A DNA stretch of 62,036 nt, counting the filler. It is 5 parts of 5 records of this genome, joined end to end, with 100 filler letters (N's around TTAATTAATTAA, not from the genome) between each part and the next. Parts side by side here need not be neighbours in the genome. Positions count along the whole stretch, not along the records: positions 20,870 to 36,891 come from SRR31147125_26363; positions 36,992 to 45,683 come from SRR31147125_26373; 3 more parts are not named here. The stretch is one strand, 5' to 3'. A program made the translations under genes and the position numbers. This document shows positions 29,259 to 38,930 of this stretch, one piece after another; positions within the stretch are counted from its first letter, which is position 1; the number at the start of each line of letters is the position of its first letter. Under the pieces are notes generated by a model. It ran no database searches. It saw only the letters and a program-made list of their open reading frames with translations, and was not told where the DNA came from.

Positions 29259-30341
29259 ATGAAGTATCTTACTAAAGGAATAATTGCTATATACATTATT
29301 ATAAGCTTTATGATTCTGGAAAGAATAAGTACTGAAGAACTTATCATATTTATGGCTTTTATTGCTATCACTTCTTTAGTTAATTCCGTTAATAAAAAGC
29401 TTATTTTAGTTATGATAGTGCTAGAGTGCATAATTGTTTTTTTAATAGGCATTAAAACAGAATTTGTTTTTTGGGCTATGATGATTTTGCTCTTTGATAT
29501 AATATTTACTAATAAATACTATTTTGGAGCAATTTTAATTGGTGAATTTATATATTTTAAGGTATACGAAAATAGCATTGAAATCTATCTGATTACTGCA
29601 TTAGTTGGTATTGCTGCATATATCATTAGTGATAATGTAAAAAAACAGAAGCACTATCATGATATTTTAGATAACGAGCGTGGAACAAAATATGAATTGG
29701 AACTTACCAAATCAAGCCTAATTCAATCAAACAAAGAAATTGAAAAGCTGACGGAAATAAAGGAAAGAAGCAGAATTGCTAGGGATTTGCACGATAATAT
29801 AGGTCATAGTATTGCAGGTATATTAATTAACTTGCAGGCTACTAAGAAAGTTTTACAAAAAGATGTTATAAAGGGAAATACAATGCTGGATGATTGTATT
29901 TCTTATTTACAAAAATCATTACAGGTTTTAAGGGATACTGTTCACAATATGTATAGCCATGAAAAACGAGGTGTTGACTATATTAAAAATATAGTAGATG
30001 AATTTAAATACTGTAATGCACAAATAAACGTAGTAGGCAGTTTCGCATCTTGTGATGAAAGAACATTTGAGGTTTTAGCTTATGTATTAAAAGAGGCGTT
30101 AACCAATATAGCAAAACATTCAAAGGCTGCAAATGCTTTTATAGATATTGAAAGTAAAGACTATGCTGTAGTTATGAGCATAAAAGATGATGGCATAGGT
30201 TGTAAGAGTATAAAGGAAAGTTTAGGGATAAGGAGTATGAGAGATAGGATTAGGGTACTTGATGGCACCTTAAAGATAAACGGTACTGAAGGTATGCATA
30301 TAATATGTGAAATACCACTTTTAAGGGGGAAATATGATTAA
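29259..30341 (+). CDS. Sensor histidine kinase (HisKA_3, LnrJ/DesK-like)
   Basis: ERSRIARDLHDNIGH, EALTNIAKHS, DDGIG, GIRSMRDR. Confidence 0.92.
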   Translation: MKYLTKGIIAIYIIISFMILERISTEELIIFMAFIAITSLVNSVNKKLILVMIVLECIIVFLIGIKTEFVFWAMMILLFDIIFTNKYYFGAILIGEFIYFKVYENSIEIYLITALVGIAAYIISDNVKKQKHYHDILDNERGTKYELELTKSSLIQSNKEIEKLTEIKERSRIARDLHDNIGHSIAGILINLQATKKVLQKDVIKGNTMLDDCISYLQKSLQVLRDTVHNMYSHEKRGVDYIKNIVDEFKYCNAQINVVGSFASCDERTFEVLAYVLKEALTNIAKHSKAANAFIDIESKDYAVVMSIKDDGIGCKSIKESLGIRSMRDRIRVLDGTLKINGTEGMHIICEIPLLRGKYD

Positions 30342-30966
30342 AGTTATCATTGCAGATGATGATATATTGGTAAGAGATGGACTGAAAATTTTGGTTGACA
30401 GTGAAGACGATATAGAAGTAGTGGGTGTTGCAAAAGATGGATATGAAGCATTTAGGCTTACACAAAAACTTAAGCCTGATGTAGTTTTGATGGATATAAG
30501 AATGCCAGAAACTGATGGCATACGGGGAACACAGTTAATAGTAAAAAACAACCTTGAGGCAAAGGTATTGATGTTGACCACATTTAAGGATGATGAATAT
30601 ATTGCAGCTGCTATAAAAAGCGGTGCGAAGGGATACATGCTTAAGAATCAATCGAGCGAAGAGATAATTAGTGGTATTAGAACTATACATAATGGTACTA
30701 ATATTTACGGTGAAGAAGTAGCTCAAAAGTTAAAAGGCATGATAGGAAACAAAAAAGATAAGACAGACACTAAGGGTTTGAACTTAAATGATAGGGAGCT
30801 AGATATATTAAAGCTGATTTCACAAGGGCGAAATAACAAAGAAATCGCCAGCGAAATGTTTATTGGCGATGGCACTGTAAGGAATTATGTAAGTTCCCTT
30901 CTAGACAAACTTGAACTTAGGGATAGAACGCAGCTTGCCATATATTATATTAGAAACATTGAATGA
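30334..30966 (+). CDS. NarL/LuxR family response regulator
   Basis: IADDD, VLMDIRMP, GYMLK, HTH NKEIASEMFIGDGTVRNYVS. Confidence 0.93.
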   Translation: MIKVIIADDDILVRDGLKILVDSEDDIEVVGVAKDGYEAFRLTQKLKPDVVLMDIRMPETDGIRGTQLIVKNNLEAKVLMLTTFKDDEYIAAAIKSGAKGYMLKNQSSEEIISGIRTIHNGTNIYGEEVAQKLKGMIGNKKDKTDTKGLNLNDRELDILKLISQGRNNKEIASEMFIGDGTVRNYVSSLLDKLELRDRTQLAIYYIRNIE

Positions 30967-31043
30967 ATAATAATTTAGTAGCTTTATTAATATCTTATGG
31001 TAAAATATACATATTAATTTGCAAAAGGGGAGAAGTGAATTAG

Positions 31044-31931
31044 ATGGATATGAAATGTTATGAGTTTAAGGATAGTAGAAAAATATTTAAACTATTATTA
31101 ATTAGTTATTTAATTGCTATAATTAGTATGGTGCTATATGCACTAAGAGAAGAAAACGCTACTTCATATGCAATACGATTAATATTGATAAATATTGTTA
31201 TAATTATAATTATATACAAACTTACTACGCAAAGAGTTTACATTGGTGATATTAATATGAAAGCTTCTAGAGTTATTCCATATATGATGGTGGATGAAAT
31301 ATCTGTAGGTGACAAGATATATATTAAATGTAGAGGTGGTTGGGTAGCTAAAATAAAAATAATTGATATCGAGAGTAATTACGATAAATATAAAGAATTA
31401 TTAGATATAATTTTAAGTAAAGTTGCTGAAGGCGTAGCTAATGAATCTGGAAGTGCTGAAGAATTATTAGAAAGGGCTATAAGAACAAAGAAAGAAAAGA
31501 ATAAAATAGCTTGCTCGCAGAAGAACGGCAAGCCAATAATAGGTGGATGGTTGAAAGTAATTATGGTTATTGCTTATTTTGGAATTGCTGGAGGTGTATT
31601 AATTGCATTTAATTTGATATTCGCAGATATTCAAACTACCGCTGTAAGTTATCAGCTAATAATTATTTCACTTTTTGATATTATTATTGTTGTATTTATG
31701 CACAAAAGAATGAAAAATATTAAATATGCTTTAGGAGCAAGAGAGCTAGTAAATCTAGCGTTTACTCTGATAATTTCTATTAACAGGATAATAGAAGCAT
31801 TTAGTTTATTACCAGCTACATTAAATATAGTTGACATGCTGCTTAGTATCTTATCTTCAGTATTGTGGATACAAATATACTTTGAATATATAAATAATTT
31901 TGATAGACCTAAATATACTTTAGTTAAATAG
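31044..31931 (+). CDS. Hypothetical membrane protein
   Basis: 295-aa ORF with RBS; 2 N-terminal and 4 C-terminal hydrophobic segments, IGGWL motif. Confidence 0.6.
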   Translation: MDMKCYEFKDSRKIFKLLLISYLIAIISMVLYALREENATSYAIRLILINIVIIIIIYKLTTQRVYIGDINMKASRVIPYMMVDEISVGDKIYIKCRGGWVAKIKIIDIESNYDKYKELLDIILSKVAEGVANESGSAEELLERAIRTKKEKNKIACSQKNGKPIIGGWLKVIMVIAYFGIAGGVLIAFNLIFADIQTTAVSYQLIIISLFDIIIVVFMHKRMKNIKYALGARELVNLAFTLIISINRIIEAFSLLPATLNIVDMLLSILSSVLWIQIYFEYINNFDRPKYTLVK

Positions 31932-31979
31932 TGAAATATATTTAAGGACTGACATTTGAATTGGATATTATAATAATAC

Positions 31980-32123
31980 ATGACATATAGAAATAAGGAA
32001 ATTGCAGCTAAGTTGTTTATAGGGGATGGGACAATAAGGAATTATGTAAGCTCTCTTTTAGATAAACTCGAACTTAGGGACAGAACACAGCTAGCTATAT
32101 ATTATATTAGGAATATTGAATAG
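31980..32123 (+). other. Diverged duplicate of response-regulator 3' end; 47-aa stand-alone LuxR HTH ORF
   Basis: MTYRNKEIAAKLFIGDGTIRNYVSSLLDKLELRDRTQLAIYYIRNIE; 39/43 aa identical to 30835-30966. Confidence 0.85.
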
Positions 32124-32298
32124 ATAAAGAATTGATTATATGTTAGGTTAGTGAAGCAACTAAAGAAGTGACTGCATAATAATTTAAATGATAGTTTTAA
32201 TGAGGTGCAATTGAGTGCCTTTTTTGTTGCTTAGATATTTGTATAAAGAATATTTCAAGAGATAATACAAGATATAGATGACAAAATGCAATATATAA

Positions 32299-32327
32299 TT
32301 GACATTATGCATAATATATATTATAAT
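32299..32327 (+). promoter_or_regulatory. Consensus sigma-A promoter
   Basis: TTGACA-17 nt-TATAAT upstream of XRE gene. Confidence 0.8.
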
Positions 32328-32364
32328 CACCTTAATAGCTATAAAAAAAGGACGGAAACTTTAT

Positions 32365-32565
32365 GTGAAAAATAAGAAAATGAAATTGGCACGTATTGAA
32401 TGCGATATGAATCAAGGCGATTTAGCAAAAGCAGTGGGAGTAACTCGCCAAACAATCGGTATGATTGAATCTGGCAACTATAATCCCACACTTAAGCTGT
32501 GTGTTGCCATTTGCAAAGCATTGAATAAAACATTAAACGACCTATTTTGGGAGGAAACTTTATGA
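32365..32565 (+). CDS. XRE family HTH transcriptional regulator
   Basis: MNQGDLAKAVGVTRQTIGMIESGNYNPTLKL..LNDLFW. Confidence 0.9.
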   Translation: MKNKKMKLARIECDMNQGDLAKAVGVTRQTIGMIESGNYNPTLKLCVAICKALNKTLNDLFWEETL

Positions 32566-33020
32566 AAATTAGACATGAACAAGATGAAAGAGTAGTAATG
32601 CAGAAGCGAAAAATCTTAAGTGAAGCATATGCCATATTAATGTTTTTATTGATGGGCTCCATATTGGTAAAGCAGTTTGTTCTGAAAGGTTCATTTGCCG
32701 ATTACTGTGTTGAATTTATCGGTTATTTTGGTATCTCGATTTATGTACTTGTAAGAAATTTAGCATCTGGAAATAATTTATTTAAAATTAACAAAAGTAA
32801 AGGTATTATTATAACTATTGTATTTTGTGCAATGATGATTTCTGTAATTTGCACAATAATTACTGTAGATTTAGCGAATGTTCAAGATGCTTTAAAATCA
32901 ATTTTAATTAACTTTGCTGTTACTGCGATTGTTATGTTCTCTATGTATTTTATCTTAAACCAAATAGGAGCTAAAAGACAAAAGAAATTGGAAAACAAGT
33001 TTGATGATGATATTAGTTAG
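32562..33020 (+). CDS. DUF6773-like membrane protein
   Basis: DERV..KILSEAY..SILVKQF; overlaps XRE stop (ATGA). Confidence 0.65.
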   Translation: MKIRHEQDERVVMQKRKILSEAYAILMFLLMGSILVKQFVLKGSFADYCVEFIGYFGISIYVLVRNLASGNNLFKINKSKGIIITIVFCAMMISVICTIITVDLANVQDALKSILINFAVTAIVMFSMYFILNQIGAKRQKKLENKFDDDIS

Positions 33021-33042
33021 TTTAGCTCCTCAAGCTACTGAG

Positions 33043-33080
33043 AAACCGCTTCATCTATATTAAGGATGAAGTGGTTTTTT
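33043..33080. terminator. Terminator between convergent genes
   Basis: aaaccgcttcatc..gatgaagtggtttttt. Confidence 0.75.
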
Positions 33081-33146
33081 AAAAATAGGAAATTATTAAG
33101 CTCTTTAGATATTTAAAGAATCAAGGTAGAAGTAATAGGTATTCGC

Positions 33147-33695
33147 TTAAATATTAGCTACTAATATATCTATATATTGGTCTTTTTCAACTATATCTTT
33201 TGAAAAGCTATTTATTAAAATATAACCGAATAATGCAGAGAATAGAGTGTATAGCTTATCTTTCTGCACTTTAGTATCTGGCATATTATGTTCTATTAAA
33301 ACGTTATATACTTCATCTATAAATTTATTCATTCTATTAATCATTATATGACCTTGTTGATTGTTGCTTATTAAGCTGCCCATATGTGCCTTTGTGATAT
33401 TTGGGTAAGAATTTGCTCCTTGAAGCCAATCACTTAATATCTTCTTTAGCACTATTTTATAACTATCATTTTTATTAATCTCAATATCTTCTAAGGTGAA
33501 AGCGTTGCTCAAGGTTTTTTCAAACACAATGTTAATTAGATTATCTCTACCCTGAAAATAATAACTTATTGCAGAAATATTTACTCCTGCAATCTGGCTT
33601 ATGTTTCTAGTGGTAGTATCTTTTATTCCGTATTTCTCAATACAGTCTATTGTTGCTGCAATAATTTTGGTTTTGTTTTCTTCTCTTTTGTCCAT
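33147..33695 (-). CDS. TetR/AcrR family regulator
   Basis: KIIAATIDCIEKYGIKDTTTRNISQIAGVNISAISYYF. Confidence 0.9.
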   Translation of the reverse strand: MDKREENKTKIIAATIDCIEKYGIKDTTTRNISQIAGVNISAISYYFQGRDNLINIVFEKTLSNAFTLEDIEINKNDSYKIVLKKILSDWLQGANSYPNITKAHMGSLISNNQQGHIMINRMNKFIDEVYNVLIEHNMPDTKVQKDKLYTLFSALFGYILINSFSKDIVEKDQYIDILVANI

Positions 33696-33802
33696 TGTTT
33701 AATCCTTTTACTATTAATTAATTTTATGGTATTCAGTATAGATATTCACTTTTGCAGTAAACCAAGTTGATTAAATTCATACCTTCCTGTTACTGCAAGC
33801 TT

Positions 33803-34645
33803 TTATGAAATTTCATTAATATAATCAAGTGGGTCAATATTATATAACTCACTAAAGTATTTCCATATTCTTTTTGCATACTTATCATTTTGTGATGTCT
33901 TGCTTGATGGCTGTGCTTTACAGTTTTTATAATACATTTCGTTTGGCAGATTATCATTATCTGCTAAATAGACAGAAGTACTCGCTCCTTCTTCTAGAGT
34001 TTGCCCGATACTTTTTCTATGTGACCAAATTAGCCTTCCAATTAAAGATGTATTCTTAAATCCTATTTCTGTGCTTACAAGACCAGGATCAGCCATATAC
34101 ATTTTAACATTTTTTGAGTTTTTATTAAATTCCCTTGATAATAATACTGATAGTGATTTTGTCTGCTTATATGCTCTTAGCTGCCCATAGCATCTGCTTA
34201 GCTGAATATCTTTCCAGTTAATTAGTGTATTGTAGTGGGAAGATGAAGAAACATTAATGATTTTTCCCTTTGCCTTTTTTATATCGTCATATAGAAGCAG
34301 TGAAAGATACATAGGAGCTATAGTATTAACGGCAAACTGCATTTCTATATTATCTTCACTTAATGTATGCTTACTGAAAAAAGTACCAGCATTGTTTACA
34401 AGCGCATACAGACCGCTATCTTTTATATATTCTTTTGTCTTTTTGGCAATGCTTTCTAAAGTCTTTCTAGAGGATAGGTCGCCCCTTATAAAATAAAAAT
34501 TATCTCCTAAATGTACTCTAGCAGAATCTTCTTTTTCTTTAGTTCTAGATGTTCCTAAGACATGATATCCTTTTTTTAAGAGTTCTTTTGCCGTTGTCAA
34601 GCCAATCCCTGATGTTACCCCTGTTATAAGTACATATTTTTTCAT
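33803..34645 (-). CDS. Short-chain dehydrogenase/reductase (retinol-DH-like)
   Basis: TGVTSGIG, NNAG, NVSS, YKQTK, PGLVST. Confidence 0.9.
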   Translation of the reverse strand: MKKYVLITGVTSGIGLTTAKELLKKGYHVLGTSRTKEKEDSARVHLGDNFYFIRGDLSSRKTLESIAKKTKEYIKDSGLYALVNNAGTFFSKHTLSEDNIEMQFAVNTIAPMYLSLLLYDDIKKAKGKIINVSSSSHYNTLINWKDIQLSRCYGQLRAYKQTKSLSVLLSREFNKNSKNVKMYMADPGLVSTEIGFKNTSLIGRLIWSHRKSIGQTLEEGASTSVYLADNDNLPNEMYYKNCKAQPSSKTSQNDKYAKRIWKYFSELYNIDPLDYINEIS

Positions 34646-34685
34646 ATTACGATTAGCCTCCTATTGGATTTTTGATACCTTAGAC

Positions 34686-34714
34686 ATAATATCATAATAC
34701 AGCAAAATAGTCAA
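34686..34714 (-). promoter_or_regulatory. Sigma-A promoter of leftward SDR
   Basis: TTGACT-17 nt-TATTAT on minus strand. Confidence 0.65.
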
Positions 34715-34748
34715 ACGCATGAATTAAACACATAATTAAAACAAGCGA

Positions 34749-34777
34749 TTGACTTTTACTAAACATTGAGTTATAAT
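34749..34777 (+). promoter_or_regulatory. Sigma-A promoter of rightward SDR
   Basis: TTGACT-17 nt-TATAAT. Confidence 0.75.
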
Positions 34778-34808
34778 CAAAAAAAATGGATTGGAGGCTA
34801 ATCGTAAT

Positions 34809-35594
34809 ATGAAAAAATATACTTTAATAACTGGCGCAGCGGGTGGACTTGGTAGAGGATTTACACTAGAATGTGCAAAGCGCAAACATAACTTATTATT
34901 AACAGATGTATCAGAAGATAGATTAAATAATCTAAAGGATTATCTAAATTTATCGGCAGATATTGATATTTTAATATATCCTTGTGATTTAACTGATCTT
35001 AATAAAAGAAAGGGACTTTTTGAATTTGTTAAAAGTAATAACATACACATTGATATAGCAATTAACGTTGCTGGACTTGACTTTGAAGGGCTAGTAGAAA
35101 GCCTATCTAGCGAAAAGGTATCTACCATGTGTCGGCTTAATTTAGAAGCAACATATGATATAAATCGTTTTATAATGACTAACAGTAAATCTGAGAAATA
35201 TTATATTATAAATACAGCATCACTTGCTGGATTTTATCCTATGCCGTATAAAGCATTGTATGCTGCAAGCAAAAGCGCTGTTGCCCAGTTTTCCTTAGCA
35301 TTAAGAGAAGAAGCTATGGGAAAGGGTAATATAACTGCTCTGTGTCCAGCAGGATTACGAACAACTCCTGAGCTTTGTAAAAAGATAGACTCACAAGGTT
35401 TTATGGGGAAGATTACAACTATTGATATTAATAAAGTTGCAAAGAAGACAGTGGATAAAGTTTATAAAAATCAGCCGATTTACATTCCGGGATTCGTAAA
35501 CAGAGTAATGCTTTTTATATCATCACTTATGCCTAAGACGATAACGGCTAAAATAGTAAATAAAAGATGGAGCACAAGAGAAGTTGAAGACTGA
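34809..35594 (+). CDS. Short-chain dehydrogenase/reductase (DltE-like)
   Basis: TGAAGGLG, NVAG, NTASLAG, YAASK, LCPAG. Confidence 0.9.
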   Translation: MKKYTLITGAAGGLGRGFTLECAKRKHNLLLTDVSEDRLNNLKDYLNLSADIDILIYPCDLTDLNKRKGLFEFVKSNNIHIDIAINVAGLDFEGLVESLSSEKVSTMCRLNLEATYDINRFIMTNSKSEKYYIINTASLAGFYPMPYKALYAASKSAVAQFSLALREEAMGKGNITALCPAGLRTTPELCKKIDSQGFMGKITTIDINKVAKKTVDKVYKNQPIYIPGFVNRVMLFISSLMPKTITAKIVNKRWSTREVED

Positions 35595-35623
35595 CTTATG
35601 CTCAATGCGAACTTAAAAACAGT

Positions 35624-36275
35624 CTATCTTACTATCTCACCGTCAGTTGAAAGGATATGAACATTTATAGGAATATCTTTTCCACTACTTTTAATGGCTG
35701 TTTCAACTGCATTTGTTAAACCTCCGCAGCAGGGTACACTCATTCTGGTTATAGTTATGCTTTTAATATTATTGCAAATTAGAATGTGTGTAAGTTTTGC
35801 TGAATAATCAACAGTGTCAAGCTTTGGACAGCCAATAATTGTAATTTTACTCTTCATAAATTTTTTGTGAAAATCTCCAAATGCAAATCCACAGCAGTCA
35901 GCAGCAATTAGCAGGTCAGCATTTTCAAAATAAGGAGCAGTTGGGTTAACCAATTGAATTTGACATGGCCATTGATTAAGTTGACTTGATACTACAGCTG
36001 CAAAGGCTGATGATTGCTTACGCTCGATAGGCTTAGCAACAGTTGAGGGGCATGCACATGGTGTTGGCGCAACCACTTTTTTGGATATTTCAACTTCTTT
36101 TTCTACTAATTTTATGGCATCAACTGGGCAATGTGGTAAACATCTGCCTAGACCATCACAATGGTCTTCTTTCATAAGTTTTGACCATAGCAATAGCTCC
36201 CTGATGGCAAGCATTTGCACATTGAGAGTAGCCTATGCAAGCATCTCTATCTATTTGAATTACAGTTCTTTTCAT
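35624..36275 (-). pseudogene. 4Fe-4S dicluster protein with small deletion and frameshift near 36180
   Basis: True start MKRTVIQIDRDACIGYSQCANACHQGAIAMV, then second frame KLMKEDHCDGLGRCLPHCP..QWPCQIQLV..IAADC..GCPKLD..VPCCGG. Confidence 0.7.
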
Positions 36276-36335
36276 TTATATTTCCTCATTTGTTGAATTT
36301 CTAATTTTATTGTAGTATACTTCTTTTGTATTGCA

Positions 36336-36351
36336 TGTGACAGATATCACA
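36336..36351. promoter_or_regulatory. Crp/Fnr (HcpR-type) binding site
   Basis: TGTGA-cagata-TCACA between Fe-S gene and divergent Crp/Fnr gene. Confidence 0.8.
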
Positions 36352-36451
36352 TACAATATGGTTTAATCTGATGTTTTTGACAATAAAATATTAAATGAAA
36401 GTATAGAAAATCCGTTTAATTAGTACTAATATTGTTTTTGTAAAAGGAGAT

Positions 36452-36891
36452 TTGATGTATCAAAGTAGTAAGTTCTTTGAGGGAATTAAAGCAGCTGAAA
36501 TGAAACAGCTTTTAGGATGCATATCAGCATACGAAAAGTCATATAAAAAGAATTCATATATTATATTCCAAGGAGATAAAGTAAAGAGCTTTGGAGTAGT
36601 TGTTGAAGGAAGTGTTGATGTGATTAAAGAAAATATTTATGGAAATAGAAGGTTAATTACAACTATTGAGAAGAATATGATTTTTGCAGAAAGTTTAGTT
36701 GCTGCTAATCTGGAAGATGCACCTATAAGTGCAGTAGCAAAGGAAGACTGTAAAATACTGTTTATTCCTTTGAACAGACTTTTAGTCACCTGCAATTCTG
36801 CATGTGAATTTCATAATAGGCTTATAACCAACCTTGTGAAAATGCTGGCAAATAAAAATTTATTATTAACTCAAAAGCTTGATTATTTAAC
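36452..36891 (+). CDS. Crp/Fnr family regulator (3'-truncated)
   Basis: cNMP-binding fold: IIFQGD, GVVVEGSV, IFAES, CEFHNRLITNL. Confidence 0.85.
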
Positions 36892-36991
36892 NNNNNNNNN
36901 NNNNNNNNNNNNNNNNNNNNNNNNNNNNNNNNNNNTTAATTAATTAANNNNNNNNNNNNNNNNNNNNNNNNNNNNNNNNNNNNNNNNNNNN
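36892..36991. other. Artificial contig linker
   Basis: N44-TTAATTAATTAA-N44. Confidence 0.98.
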
Positions 36992-37266
36992 AAAAAACAG
37001 CACGTCATAATTACAAAGGAAATTAGGTTACGTCCCAAAATTGAAGAACACGATTTTGAATTTAAATTAAGACACGCCCGCAAATTTTTGGAGGCCGGAA
37101 ACAGGGTGAAAGCGACTGTCATGTTCCGGGGACGAGAAATGGCCCATAAAGAATTCGGATTTAAAGTCCTGGAACGGTTTACTGAAGCATTAGAAGATAT
37201 TGCCAAGGTTGACAGAGGTGCCAAGATGGAAGGCGGTCAATTAAACGCTTTTTCTCGAAAAAGTAA
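36992..37266 (+). CDS. infC: Translation initiation factor IF-3 (5'-truncated; probable frameshift at T5 37249-37253)
   Basis: KEIRLRPKIEEHDFEFKLRHARKFLEAGNRVK..FRGREMAH. Confidence 0.92.
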
Positions 37267-37287
37267 TCATACAGAAGAGGTTTGAAA

Positions 37288-37479
37288 ATGCCAAAAATGA
37301 AAAGTAATCGGGCTGCATCCAAGCGATTCAGACTGACTGGTACTGGCAAGGTACGCAGGTACAAAGCGTATGCAAGTCATATTCTTACAAAAAAAACAAC
37401 CAAAAGAAAAAGAAATCTTCGTAAAGCTGGCGTTGTAGCAGATTCCGATCAACGTCGAATTAAAGCAATGATTTCCTAA
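37288..37479 (+). CDS. rpmI: 50S ribosomal protein L35
   Basis: [27 protein letters not shown]. Confidence 0.96.
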   Translation: MPKMKSNRAASKRFRLTGTGKVRRYKAYASHILTKKTTKRKRNLRKAGVVADSDQRRIKAMIS

Positions 37480-37528
37480 TAATTCGAATATTTATTGATT
37501 TCATAAATTAGTTCTTATTGGAGGTAAC

Positions 37529-37876
37529 ATGCCAAGATCAACTTCGTCGGTACCAACAAGACACCGTCGAAATAAAGTTTTAAAAGCATCTAAAGGATAC
37601 TACGGCGGAAAGCATCGTCTTTTCAAGTCAGCTAAAGAGCAGCTCGAAAAAGGTCTGCAATATTCCTATAGAGATAGACGTGTCCGAAGACGTGAATTTA
37701 GAAAATTATGGATTGCCCGTATTAACGCGGCAGCACGTATGTTCGGCATGAACTATTCGACTCTTATTGATGGTTTGAATAAAAAAGAAATTAAAATAAA
37801 CAGAAAAATGCTCGCCGATCTAGCTGTAAAAGATATAAAAGCTTTTGAGCAGATTGTAACATCAGTGAAAGCATAA
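37529..37876 (+). CDS. rplT: 50S ribosomal protein L20
   Basis: [33 protein letters not shown]. Confidence 0.97.
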   Translation: MPRSTSSVPTRHRRNKVLKASKGYYGGKHRLFKSAKEQLEKGLQYSYRDRRVRRREFRKLWIARINAAARMFGMNYSTLIDGLNKKEIKINRKMLADLAVKDIKAFEQIVTSVKA

Positions 37877-37881
37877 CTTTT

Positions 37882-38910
37882 ATGGCTGAAGAATTTCACG
37901 ATATAATCTCAAAAATTCATCAGGTAGAAGCGGAATTCGGTAATGCCATGGATTCCGCTCAATCTGAACAGGATATTGAGACTATAAGAATTAATTTCTT
38001 GAGTCGAAAAGGAAAGCTCCAGTCCATGTTTCCATTGCTTGGCAAAGCGCAAGCACAAGATCGTCCAAAGATTGGAGCTGAATTAAACAGGGTCAAGGAA
38101 AAAGTACAAGAATCCCTTCAAAATAAGCTTGACTCACTTCAGGCTCAGGAAAAATCTATTGATTTTTTTGATCCGACTTTACCGGAGCGATGTCCACCAA
38201 TCGGTGGTTTGCATCCACTTATGCAAGTATTGGATGAAATTAAACAAATATTCGTTGGTATGGGATTCCGGATTGAAAAAGGTCCTGAAATAGAGACAGA
38301 ATTTAATAATTTTGAAGCATTAAATATACCTGCAGATCATCCGTCACGAGATATGCAGGATACATTCTACTTGAAACAAAATCACGTCTTACGCACTCAT
38401 ACTTCCCCCGTACAAATTCGAACTATGGTGAAACAAAGACCTCCGATCCGAATGATCGCTCCTGGTCGATGTTTTCGTAAAGATACTCCGGATGCAACAC
38501 ATTCACCTACCTTTCACCAGGTAGAGGGACTGTGTGTCGATAAAGGCGTATCTTTTGCAGATTTAAAGGGTGTGATTAGGGCGTTCGCTCAAAAGTTATT
38601 TGGTCCAGATGTTCATGTAAGATTTCGCCCAAGTTTTTTTCCGTTCACAGAACCCAGTGCGGAATATGATTTTTCTTGTATCTTTTGCAGTGGCAAAGGA
38701 TGTAAAGTTTGCAAAAATACGGGTTGGCTTGAAATTTCAGGTGCCGGTATGGTTGATCCTGCTGTTTTTGGTTTTGTGGATTATAATCCTGATATTTATA
38801 CAGGTTACGCATTTGGAATGGGTGTCGAGCGCATCGCTATGCTCAAGTATCAAGTAGATGATATTCGTGTTTTCTATGAAAATGATGCACGATTTCTGGA
38901 ACAGTTTTAA
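37882..38910 (+). CDS. pheS: Phenylalanine--tRNA ligase alpha subunit
   Basis: HPSRDMQDTF, LRTHTS, FHQVEG, FPFTEPS, GYAFGMGVER. Confidence 0.97.
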   Translation: MAEEFHDIISKIHQVEAEFGNAMDSAQSEQDIETIRINFLSRKGKLQSMFPLLGKAQAQDRPKIGAELNRVKEKVQESLQNKLDSLQAQEKSIDFFDPTLPERCPPIGGLHPLMQVLDEIKQIFVGMGFRIEKGPEIETEFNNFEALNIPADHPSRDMQDTFYLKQNHVLRTHTSPVQIRTMVKQRPPIRMIAPGRCFRKDTPDATHSPTFHQVEGLCVDKGVSFADLKGVIRAFAQKLFGPDVHVRFRPSFFPFTEPSAEYDFSCIFCSGKGCKVCKNTGWLEISGAGMVDPAVFGFVDYNPDIYTGYAFGMGVERIAMLKYQVDDIRVFYENDARFLEQF

Positions 38911-38930
38911 ATTTCTGGTGGATTTATAAA

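Larger units (their letters stand above)
34634..34820. repeat. Perfect 28-bp inverted repeat (34634-34661 / 34793-34820) enclosing two divergent promoters
   Basis: ggaggctaatcgtaatatgaaaaaatat is the RBS plus first four codons of both SDR genes. Confidence 0.93.

Noticed and set aside
30835..32123. Diversity-generating retroelement TR/VR pair
   Set aside because: Differences are mostly synonymous third positions, not adenine-specific, and no reverse transcriptase is present
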